Shown here: one piece after another, positions 48,420 through 57,660 of the stretch
Numbering within the stretch: the stretch's first letter is position 1
Layout of the letters: every line of letters starts with the position of its first letter
The notes under the pieces: generated by a model
Seen by the model: only the letters and a program-made list of their open reading frames with translations
Database searches by the model: none
Told to the model about the DNA's origin: nothing
From: Fuerstiella sp.
Lineage (GTDB): Bacteria > Planctomycetota > Planctomycetia > Planctomycetales > Planctomycetaceae
Direction of reading: 5' to 3'
Length of the DNA stretch: 64,000 nucleotides
NCBI GenBank assembly: GCA_029941865.1
Contig: JAPYTO010000003.1
Span: 3,960 to 67,959, forward strand
Translations under genes and position numbers: made by a program

Positions 48420-50534
48420 TCACTTGCTGTCGCTGTGCCTGCCGTTGGCGGCGGCGGCGACGATGGTCGCATACGCATTGGGTGGAACATATTCGTACGA
48501 GCTGAAGTCCATTGTGAATGAACCCTGACCACCGGTCAGGCTGGACACTGTCCGGGCGTAGGTCATCAAATTGGCCAGTGGCGCTTTGGCGCGAATGGTC
48601 CGGAATCCGCCGGCGATTTCTTCCACACCTTCCAGCTGCCCGCGCCGCGTGTTCAGGTCGCTGGTGATGTCGCTGATCCTGTCGCTCGGGACAGTGATCT
48701 CCAGAGAAACCATGGGTTCCAGAATCGCCGGTCGTGCCTGCTTGAACAGATCGCGAAAACAATGTGCGGCCGCCGCTTTGAATGCCGTTTCGTTACTGTC
48801 GACCGCGTGAAACTTCCCATCGAACAGTTCCACAACAACGTTCTGAACCTGGTACCCGGCAATGACGCCTCGCCGCATTTGTTCGCGGAGTCCTTTTTCG
48901 ACGGCCGGGATAAACTGGTTTGGCACGGAGCCCCCGGAAATTCTGTCAACGAAGCAGAACTTCAGAGTCTCATCCAGGTGATAGTCACGTAAGTGCGGGA
49001 ATCGTTCCTTCGTGAAGTACTCGTCCGGATCCATTTCGTCCGGAAATGCAGAGAGCCGAAAATGAACTTCGGCGAACTGCCCGGAACCACCTGATTGTTT
49101 CTTATGACGGTAGCTGCCTTCCACATCCCCCGTAATTGTTTCACGGTAGGGGACCTTGGGTTCATGAGTGATAATATCGACCTTCTCACGATCATGAAGC
49201 CTCTTTTCGATGAGCTTCAGATGCAGTTCGCTCATGCCCTCCATCACCATCTCGTGCGTCTGTTCGTCCCGATGCACGTGGAACGACGGGTCTTCTTCCT
49301 CCATCTTGTGCAGCGCCGTTGAGATCTTAGTCTGGTCCGCCTGACTTTTGGGTTCGACGGCCAGTCCAACCATGGGCCGGGGAAACGCGATCGGCGGCAT
49401 GCTGATCCGGTCGGAACCGTCACTGATTGTGTCTCCCGTGTGTAGTTCATCGACTTTCGTGACCGCCACGATATTCCCGGCGGTCGCTTCTTCGACCAGT
49501 TCGCGTTCGCCGCCCTGGAATTCCAGCAGCTGATTGATCTTCACGCTCCCGGACTCGCCAACCACGTGAATGCGGTCATCTTTCTTCAGCGTTCCGGAAT
49601 AGAGACGGATATAACTGACTTTCGAAATATAAGGATCGATGCGGGTCTTCACGATCTGACCAATCAATGGTCCGTCCAGTTTCGGCTCAATCTCTATGTC
49701 TTCGCCATCAACTGTCACATGGCGCATGAGTTGTTCGGGAGACGGAGCATACGCCGCAATTCCATCCATCAGTTCAGAAACGCCGATGTCCATCTTCACA
49801 GCTGTACAGAACACCGGAATCAGCGTCCCGGCAATGACAGACTTGAGCATCCCTCTGTTAATATCTTCCAGAGAAATTTCACCCTCTTCAAAGTACTGTG
49901 CCATCAGCTCGTCATCTGCCTCGGCAGCTGCCTCAACGACCATCTGATGGATTTCAGCAGGATCCATGACAGTGCCATCCGGTACGGTTGCCGGAAGTCG
50001 TACCGTATCCACGACACCGCTGATGTCCGCACCACAGCCGACCGGGACATTCATGAGTACACACGCTGCCCCAAACTGTCGACGAATGGATTCCATTAAC
50101 TGCGGCAGATCGACGTTTTCCTCGTCGCACTTGTTGATCACGATAAATCGGGCCAGCCCGCGGTTGCCAGCATGCTGAAAGGATCGCCTCGTATTCACCT
50201 CAATCCCGACGTGCGCGTTGATCGTCACGATGGCTGTCTCTGCGGCTCGCAGAGCACCAATGACGTAACCCATGAAGTCCGGCATGCCGGGCGAATCGAT
50301 CAGATTTACGCGGGCGTTGTTGTGTTCGAAGTGGCAGATGTGAGACGTGATGGAGTGATGCCGCTCTTTTTCGTCGTTCTCAACGTCCAGTGTGCTTGTC
50401 TGGTCGTCCGTTGACCCCGCCTTTTTCGTTTCGCCCGCCTTGAAGAGCATCAGATCGGCCAGTGATGTTTTACCGGCGTTTCCATGACCTACAAGGACAA
50501 CGTTTCGCAGTTCCGCGACTGGGTGCCTTGGCAT
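48420..50534 (-). CDS. Elongation factor G paralog (divergent G domain)
   Basis: G1 is GHGNAGKT, G3 is DSPGMPDF and G4 is INKCD. Domain IV reads FDGKFHAVDSNETAFKAAA. The five-domain length fits. gggag lies 6 nt upstream of the ATG at 50534. The ORF track extends to 50651. Confidence 0.88.
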   Translation of the reverse strand: MPRHPVAELRNVVLVGHGNAGKTSLADLMLFKAGETKKAGSTDDQTSTLDVENDEKERHHSITSHICHFEHNNARVNLIDSPGMPDFMGYVIGALRAAETAIVTINAHVGIEVNTRRSFQHAGNRGLARFIVINKCDEENVDLPQLMESIRRQFGAACVLMNVPVGCGADISGVVDTVRLPATVPDGTVMDPAEIHQMVVEAAAEADDELMAQYFEEGEISLEDINRGMLKSVIAGTLIPVFCTAVKMDIGVSELMDGIAAYAPSPEQLMRHVTVDGEDIEIEPKLDGPLIGQIVKTRIDPYISKVSYIRLYSGTLKKDDRIHVVGESGSVKINQLLEFQGGERELVEEATAGNIVAVTKVDELHTGDTISDGSDRISMPPIAFPRPMVGLAVEPKSQADQTKISTALHKMEEEDPSFHVHRDEQTHEMVMEGMSELHLKLIEKRLHDREKVDIITHEPKVPYRETITGDVEGSYRHKKQSGGSGQFAEVHFRLSAFPDEMDPDEYFTKERFPHLRDYHLDETLKFCFVDRISGGSVPNQFIPAVEKGLREQMRRGVIAGYQVQNVVVELFDGKFHAVDSNETAFKAAAAHCFRDLFKQARPAILEPMVSLEITVPSDRISDITSDLNTRRGQLEGVEEIAGGFRTIRAKAPLANLMTYARTVSSLTGGQGSFTMDFSSYEYVPPNAYATIVAAAANGRHSDSK

Positions 50535-51018
50535 TTGCAACTCCCGTATTTTGAGTCTCTCCAGATAAGTCTGCAGCTCCATCACCGGGCAGCGTTTGTT
50601 GGTCGACGAGCCCCATTGCACAACGTTTTGAGGGTGTTCGCCATCGGCCATGCTGAGTCCGGCCGGAAATACCTTAAACGTTTACCGTGCAGATTTCGAA
50701 TGTGAATTACAGTCTGAACAGCTCTTTGCGGGATTTTCGTCGTTCTGGCGTTAATCTTCTGTGTTCCTTATAGACCTGCACGATGAGTGTTACGTCGAAT
50801 TCCATGTGTCACAGACGTATTCCGAAATTCGCTAGGTGATGGCTCACGAAATAAGCCTGTTCACCGCAACTGTTCGCTTCGCGCCGGAAAGCTGCGCAGA
50901 CTGGTTACTCTTATTGATCGCCACGAGAACGGGAGAGGACGACCAAAACAATGACACCGTGAACGGCCATCGCTCTATCTCGAATTCGAATTCTGTCGCT
51001 TGCGGACTGCCTCAGCCA

Positions 51019-51141
51019 GGAGGCTGTCCGGTTATCTGAAACAGTGAGCCGTAAGGCGCTAGCCGCGGGTGAAAACACTGCCGATAACCGGTGGCTAGCG
51101 CCGTGCCGCTCACAAGAATCGACGTGTCCGGACAGCCTGCC
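51019..51141. other. Nested three-helix hairpin (candidate structured RNA or leader element)
   Basis: Three nested helices are visible. aggctgtccgg (51021..51031) pairs with ccggacagcct (51128..51138). gtgagc (51044..51049) pairs with gctcac (51108..51113). ggcgctagcc (51055..51064) pairs with ggctagcgcc (51093..51102). Confidence 0.5.
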
Positions 51142-51364
51142 AGCGCGGACCAGAGTGGCTGCAGCGTGACTGGGTAGAGCGGTACGGATCCATTGATCCG
51201 CAGTGCACAGGATTCGCGCCGGTTGCGTTCTGTCTAGAGCATTTTACTTTTTGTCGTAGCGGAAGCCGCCAGGGCTTTCGACCTGTCACTGCCGAAATTC
51301 CTGGCAAATTCTGCTACAGAACGAACGCGTGATTTTGAAGAATGCTGCACGTGTTCATCACGCT

Positions 51365-52615
51365 CTACCAACTCAGCGTTCCCGTGCTTTGACCGAACGA
51401 TGGGGTCTCAAGTCGAGTCTTGTTGAGCATCGTGACGAACAGGTTGCACAGGGGCGTGCCCTCCTTGTGAGTAACATACTGCCCGTGTTTGAACCCGCCG
51501 CCGGCAAGAAAGACGGGCAGGTTGCGGGCGTGGTGGGCATTGGCGTTGCCAAGGTTACTGCCGAACAGAATCGACGTATTGTCCAGTAACGTCGAACCGG
51601 ATTCCGATTTGGATTTCATCTGGCTGAGCAAACTGCCAAAGCACTGCACGATTTTCTTTTCTATCTTTTGCAACTGCTCGATTTTTGTTTTGTCCTGGCC
51701 GTGGTGCGATAGATTGTGGTGGGTTCCGGTCACACCTTGAACCTTCGGTGTCAGGAAATGATCGTGAATCATGACGCTGATCACGCGGGACGAATCCGAC
51801 TGCACGATCAGCGGAACCAGATCCATCAGCACCTGTGTCCGTCCAATCAGGTCGGCGTCGTCGTAAACATCGGATGGTTGCTGTGCATCGACCTTTGGTT
51901 TTGGTTTGTCCATCCAACCCTGAACTGCGGCGATGTTCTTTTCGGCGTTGCGCACCGAATCAAAATAGTCGTCCAACAACCGGTTATCCGCAGAAGACGC
52001 GGTACGACGGAGCGCTTGTGCCTGAACACCGAGCGTATCGAGTATGCTTTTCCCGTCATTCAGCTTTTGCTTCTGAGCTTTGACCTCATCGGGTTTTCCA
52101 TCAACGAACAATTGGACAAACAGTTGGGCGGGGCTTGTCTGTGCGGGAATCATGACTCCGCCGCTGGTGTACGACTGACTTTGTGGCTTCATGGTCCCCA
52201 GCGTTATCGAAGGATATCGAGTGCTTTTGCCGAGGTGGCCGGCCGCAACCTGGTCGACCGAGATGCTGTTGCGGAACCCGCCCATCCCCGGCTTGCGCGC
52301 CGCTGTCAGCCAGGTCATTTCGCTGTCGTGCGGTTGTCGACCGGTTTGGTCCTCATGCTGCAGCCCGGAGAACAGCGTGAAGTCCTGGCGGTGTTCTTTC
52401 AGTAACTCCAGATAAGGCGTTGATTCGTAATTGGCACCCGGCGTATCCGGCCACAGGTGAGGCGGGTACAGACCCAGCGCGGTGCAGACGAACACCATTC
52501 GCCTGGGCGGCGGATCGCTGGCAGCTGCGAAGACGGGATTCATCGTTTCCAACAGCGGTAATCCAAGCGAGACCCCGGAGGCTTTCAGCAGGGTACGTCG
52601 GTGAAGCGGTTTCAT
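51365..52615 (-). CDS. DUF1552 domain protein (Tat-type signal)
   Basis: The ATG at 52615 gives MKPLHRRTLLKASGVSLGLPLLE. It lies downstream of a DUF1592-type gene, which is the usual pairing. The longer ORF to 52885 overlaps the upstream gene. Confidence 0.85.
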   Translation of the reverse strand: MKPLHRRTLLKASGVSLGLPLLETMNPVFAAASDPPPRRMVFVCTALGLYPPHLWPDTPGANYESTPYLELLKEHRQDFTLFSGLQHEDQTGRQPHDSEMTWLTAARKPGMGGFRNSISVDQVAAGHLGKSTRYPSITLGTMKPQSQSYTSGGVMIPAQTSPAQLFVQLFVDGKPDEVKAQKQKLNDGKSILDTLGVQAQALRRTASSADNRLLDDYFDSVRNAEKNIAAVQGWMDKPKPKVDAQQPSDVYDDADLIGRTQVLMDLVPLIVQSDSSRVISVMIHDHFLTPKVQGVTGTHHNLSHHGQDKTKIEQLQKIEKKIVQCFGSLLSQMKSKSESGSTLLDNTSILFGSNLGNANAHHARNLPVFLAGGGFKHGQYVTHKEGTPLCNLFVTMLNKTRLETPSFGQSTGTLSW

Positions 52616-52715
52616 GAGACATGACTCCAATGAATTCTGTGCACTGCCCTGGGCAGGATTGACATGATCAACAGGATGAAAACACTTCGCGTAAATCCAG
52701 TCCATCCTGTCCAAA

Positions 52716-54819
52716 TCACTTATGGCGGAACATGTTGCTGTGGACGACTTCGTGAATAATGTCCCGCAGCAGAAAATCGTCCTCGCGGGTTCGTTCGAAA
52801 ATGGCCTGGAGCTCCTCGCGATCAGCGAATTGAATATCGCCACCGGTTGAATAAACAATGAGCTGCGACATGAAGTTCCTCGCAACTTGTTCTTTCTTTT
52901 CGAGCAAGTGCCGTTTGAACTCTTCGATGCCCGAAAACGCCTTACCGTCGGCCGTCATTCCGCTGGCGTCAACGGCCGGTCCATCGCCGTACGTCTTTTT
53001 GGCGTTTGTTCGGTAGTTCGTTCGAAATCCTCCGATGGGATCAAAACTCTCCAGCGCAAAACCCGGCGGGTCAATTTCTCGATGACACTTGTTGCAGGCA
53101 GGAATGTTTCGATGCGCTGCCAGAATTTCACGAATGGTTGTTTTTCCCTGCGTATCCGGTTCGATCGATCCGACGGACGGAGGTGGCGGCGCGGGTGGTG
53201 TCCCCAGAAAATTCGTGAGCACGAAGTTGCCGCGAATGACTGGCGACGTCACCGTGCCATTGGCGGTTGTCTTCAGAATCGCGGCTTGAGTCAGCACGCC
53301 GCCTCGCGGGCTGTCGTCCGGCAATTCGATCCTGCGGAAATGTTGCCCCGCAACACCCGGAATGCCGTAGTGTGTCGCAAGGCGACTGTTGACGAACGTG
53401 AAACCTGAGTCGATCAGATTTGAGACACTCAGATTCTCCTTGATCAATGCCCCAAAGAAATACTCGGACTCCTTCGGTATTGCGTCGCCGAGCAATTCGT
53501 CGTACTCAGGGTACAGTTTTGCGTCCGGTGTGGTTGCGTTCACCTTGTTCAGCCGCAACCATTGTCCGAGAAAATCGCGAACGAACCGGTTCGACTTTTC
53601 ATCGTCCAGCATCCGATCCACCTGCCGGGCGAGTACCGTAGGATCAGACAGCCTGCCTTCGTCAGCGAGTGCAAAGAGTTCTTCGTCCGGCATGCTTTTC
53701 CATAAGAAATAAGACAGCCGATTGGCGAGAGAAAAATCATCAAGCCGGCCCGCCTTGCCACCGAACAACACGAACTGTGGAGAACTCAGCAACGCGCGAA
53801 GAGAAACGCGTAACACACTGACAAAGTCACGACCTTCTTTGATCGCTGGTTTGGCGAGGCTAAGAATCGACTGCAATTCGTGTTCGACCGGTGTTCGCCG
53901 AAAGACTCGCGGAGCGAAGTGTTCGACGATGGCCTTCACGTGTTCGATTACGCTCTTTGAGCATTCGACCGTAAACGGTCCGTTGTCGGATTCGTCCAAC
54001 GGTGTCAACTTCAGGCCGTGCAGAAGCTGCCGAGTGCTCTTTGGATTGGACCGCTGCCGCTGTCGAGGTGATTCGATAGACTCCGGGCGTCCTGACGAAG
54101 AATCCAAAATTGGTCGCTCGCGTCAAATAGTCCGCATCAATGAACATGGCGACGCCGTCATCGAGCTTTCGCGTGACGTTGCCTCCCATCGCCAGCGGCA
54201 CGTCATGAAAGGCGTTCATGAACGGGTTGTTCAGAAAGTCGAACTTCTTGTGTTGATAGGGATTCGGCCCCAGATTGAACGCAAGGTCCAGTGCTTCGTC
54301 CGCAGCATTCAGATAGCTCTCCATATGAATGGCGGAGATTCGTTGAGTCGAACCGACGGTATCAAAGCTGCCGGATTCGACTTCGTCAGGAACGCTGTTC
54401 GTTACGTCGCCTTCGATCAGAAGCAAATCGCGAAGCGTGTATCCGAGCTCCAGTTTCGTCAGCCTTCGCGTGGGAACACGCCCGACCCGACGCTGCTTTG
54501 CGAGACTGACAGCTCGCAGGTTTTTCGCCAGCGAACCCAGAGCTGTTTTTAAGTGGTGCGGATCGGGACGATCTTCTGATTCCGGTGGCATCTGGCCATC
54601 GCGGACGCGGTCAAAGACCTTTTCCCACACGCGAAACGTTGCGTCGTCGGTAAGGTTATGTCCGATGTCTTCAAAAGACAGACCGGTTTTCGTGTCCGCA
54701 TCGTGGCAGTGAATGCACGATGATTCGATCAGCGCTGCAACCTCCGTTCGTAACGGCTGTGCCACCACGGCGTCGGACATCAGGCAGCAGGACGATATCA
54801 AGACCAGCAAGTGTCTCAT
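52716..54819 (-). pseudogene. DUF1592/DUF1588-type CxxCH protein split by a frameshift
   Basis: The N-terminal part (ORF 53860..55194, likely start ATG 54819) has a signal peptide and CIHCH. The C-terminal part (ORF 52716..54107) has FAPRVFRRTPVEHE, LSYFLWKS and CNKCH. The two frames overlap at 53860..54107. The total span is not a multiple of 3. Confidence 0.7.
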
Positions 54820-55089
54820 TCGAAAACCGTCCAATGGTCTATGGTGACAAGTACTACGCCTTGCGGATTGCGGACATGGGAGCCCGGACCGCACATTTCG
54901 CCTTACGCACCCAGCGTCGACGCCAGCGCAGGAAACGTAACATAAAGGTGATCGTGGAGACAAGATTTCATGCTGTGCAAGTCGCCGTCCGACGCCCCGT
55001 TGCGCAACACCGTTAGGTGTTCCGGGTGCGGTAAACCCTGTACCTGGTTGTTTCCATACGTGGAGTACGCGTGTGCCTGTGGTAGCGTG

Positions 55090-55157
55090 GTTTAACCCGT
55101 GGTCGCAGACCAGGCGGTATGATGCGAAATCACCTGGTCTGCGACCACGGGTTAAAC
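55090..55157. repeat. Perfect 25-bp inverted repeat with 18-nt spacer
   Basis: gtttaacccgtggtcgcagaccagg (55090..55114) and cctggtctgcgaccacgggttaaac (55133..55157) are exact reverse complements. Confidence 0.9.
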
Positions 55158-55515
55158 AGAAGAAAGTCCTTAACGGCGTTGCCCGTTGCAGCAAATCGCT
55201 TCAGTTCAGACGTCAGCCGATGTTGTCAGACTGTCACCATCGCGTCGAGGCTGGGAGTCCGCTTCACCGTATTTCCGAACTCCTGAGTAAAGAGACCCCC
55301 TAATTGCCTCCACCACTTCGGCATACTTCAAGCCAGCCTGTGGAACACAACAAAACTGGCCAGGTGAAGTTCCCTACAGGCGTTTGCGTCCCAGAAAAAC
55401 GCCGGCGTCTGTCTACAGCGAATTTCGCTGACTTATGGCCGCGGTTCACGTGTTTTGATTGCAGGTCAGTTGCCCCCCACGAGCCAGTACCGGTTCCGTC
55501 ATTTCGTAAACTGCT

Positions 55516-57660
55516 CTAATCGGGTGGCGAGTCCGCATTCACTTCGTCCGGTTTCACGCCGACCATCTGCAACACCTGATCGAGCATCTGCTCTGCCTCA
55601 TCAGTTTTGCCCTGTTGAAGTAGCGGCGGAACCTTTCGCATCATTTTTTGAATTGGCAATATGTCCTGTCCAGCTTTTTGCATCTGACCGGCCGCATGTT
55701 CAATTCGTCGAATCTGTTCGGCCAGCCGCGGTGGAAGTCCTCCATTCCTGCCGCCGGCTGGCCGGTGCACGATCTCCGGTCGCAGGCCCGGATTATCCAA
55801 TTGTTCCACCGCGCTGACATACCGTTTGCGCATGAAGGTCTTGATCGATTCAACAATTCCATCGTAGCCACGATCGCCGGGGACGGTGACACGCTGGTGC
55901 GGAAACGGATCTGACTGCAGGTCTTCTTTGATCAATTCGTAATTTGCGTCGATGATTCCGCACAGGCGTTCCGGCTCGAAGTACTTGTCCAGAATGGTTC
56001 GAGCCACCTGACGGTATTTCTTCAACAGCGTGGGGTCAGCAGTGATACGTTCCATCAACGGATTGATCCGGCCGCTGGGAGCCACGGGCCAGGCGGCATG
56101 CCACCCGGCAAGCACATTGATGCGGCCAAATGCGTTTTCGCAGAATCCAACATCAAGGTCCCAGGGCAGGTAGCGCCAACGATCACGACCCGGGTCATGG
56201 TACAGATAATAATTGTGCGGCCCCCAGCCGGTCAGCTGATCGAATGCTCCGGAAAACAACATAACGGCGGAAACGCGCAGAAAGTCGTCAAGCTCCATCG
56301 ATGCTTCCAGTGCCGCCGCAAATTCACCGGGCTTCGTCTGGTTGATCATTCGAATGAAATCGACCAGTTGAGCGCGGGCCTTCTTCGCCGAATCGGATTT
56401 CGCCTCGAACGCCGTCCTGTAGACGGATGGATCATCGCCCAGGAACTGAAGATTACACCCAGGCCCTCCCTCATCGACCTTAAACAGTGCACCGTCTGCG
56501 TCGGGCAGATGCTGCTCGACGAATGACTTGTCGATTCGTTCGACGTTAACATAGACGCCCTGGTACTGGTCGTTCAGGAAAATCCGGGCATAGTTGCATC
56601 GATGTGTCGGCAGGCCCTGATCACGAAGAATCTCGGTAATGATCGGCTCGCTGAAGATGCTGCCAAACTGGACACCGTTGTCAAACGAAACACGTCGCAG
56701 TCCAAAGAACCTGACATCTTTATCGTACTCACTGAATTTGATCAGGAAGCTGCGTTTGTGTCTTTGATTTGGATTCGCCGAGCTGTTCCCTTTGAAGCGG
56801 ACGGCGACCTTGTCAAATGTTACATCCCGCCACTGAAAAGTGGCGGGCACATAGATCCGCTTGGGAAGCGCCGCCATCAGTCGCTGCATGTCTTCCGGGG
56901 CAATCCGCAGTTGAATCGTCTGAACTTCGTCCATTCGGTAGAACTCATCCTGCGCTTCGGCGGCGGCCAGACCATCCGCGGTAAGTGTCAAATCGATCGG
57001 CCGTACCGGAGGCATTTTTCTTTCGTTTTCGGACGGCGGCGTGTCCAGCCCAAGCGTCCCGATAACCCGATCCAGCACCAGCTCGGCTTCGCGTGTCTGA
57101 CCATTCTGCATCAGCACGGGAAACTTCTGCATTAACCCAACGGCGTCAGACGGGGGTGGGCCGGTCTTCGCGCGTGATTGCAACTCCGTTTCGACTCTGT
57201 TGAGTTTCGCTTTCAGTCGCTGCTCAAGCCCCGCCTCGGAGATCCGTACCTGCCCGAACTTCAACGCCGCCTTCCGTTGTGTGGGCGTCAGTTCGTTCCG
57301 AATCTGAATCATTATCCGCAAGTGGTGCAGCCTTTGCTCTTTTTCGATCGCCAGGAATTGATCGAGCTGTCTCACAGCGGCTTCTGCATCCACTTTGTCT
57401 GCCGAGAGCAACTGTGCCAGACGGCCCATCGAACTATTGGCCCGTTGCTGAAGTTCATGAATTTTCGGCCCCACCTTTTCGAGGAGAGCGCGAATCTGTT
57501 CGACCTGCCGGTCGGGCAAGCCAATCTCCGTCTGATGGTGGATCAGCACCTCCGGGGAAATCAGCAGGTCCTGCAACGGGTCACCATACTGTTGCTGTTG
57601 CGCCTCAACGATGGAGCCGCACACTGTCAGCAGGGAAACGCACAGCCATTGGCATTTCAT
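55516..57660 (-). CDS. CotH kinase family protein with N-terminal Spy/CpxP-like (LTxxQ) region
   Basis: aggag lies upstream of the ATG at 57660. The signal peptide is MKCQWLCVSLLTVCGSIVEA. An LTPTQ motif is present. The CotH blocks are RHKRSFLIKF, FLNDQYQGVYVNVERIDKSF and HNYYLYHD...YLPWDLDVGF. Confidence 0.88.
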   Translation of the reverse strand: MKCQWLCVSLLTVCGSIVEAQQQQYGDPLQDLLISPEVLIHHQTEIGLPDRQVEQIRALLEKVGPKIHELQQRANSSMGRLAQLLSADKVDAEAAVRQLDQFLAIEKEQRLHHLRIMIQIRNELTPTQRKAALKFGQVRISEAGLEQRLKAKLNRVETELQSRAKTGPPPSDAVGLMQKFPVLMQNGQTREAELVLDRVIGTLGLDTPPSENERKMPPVRPIDLTLTADGLAAAEAQDEFYRMDEVQTIQLRIAPEDMQRLMAALPKRIYVPATFQWRDVTFDKVAVRFKGNSSANPNQRHKRSFLIKFSEYDKDVRFFGLRRVSFDNGVQFGSIFSEPIITEILRDQGLPTHRCNYARIFLNDQYQGVYVNVERIDKSFVEQHLPDADGALFKVDEGGPGCNLQFLGDDPSVYRTAFEAKSDSAKKARAQLVDFIRMINQTKPGEFAAALEASMELDDFLRVSAVMLFSGAFDQLTGWGPHNYYLYHDPGRDRWRYLPWDLDVGFCENAFGRINVLAGWHAAWPVAPSGRINPLMERITADPTLLKKYRQVARTILDKYFEPERLCGIIDANYELIKEDLQSDPFPHQRVTVPGDRGYDGIVESIKTFMRKRYVSAVEQLDNPGLRPEIVHRPAGGRNGGLPPRLAEQIRRIEHAAGQMQKAGQDILPIQKMMRKVPPLLQQGKTDEAEQMLDQVLQMVGVKPDEVNADSPPD

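Noticed and set aside
50836-51039. A 67-aa plus-strand ORF and a 65-aa minus-strand ORF (51110..51307) lie in the gene-free region upstream of the EF-G paralog.
   Set aside because: They have no SD, no motif and an implausible composition. They overlap the strong nested hairpin. The region is better explained as non-coding.
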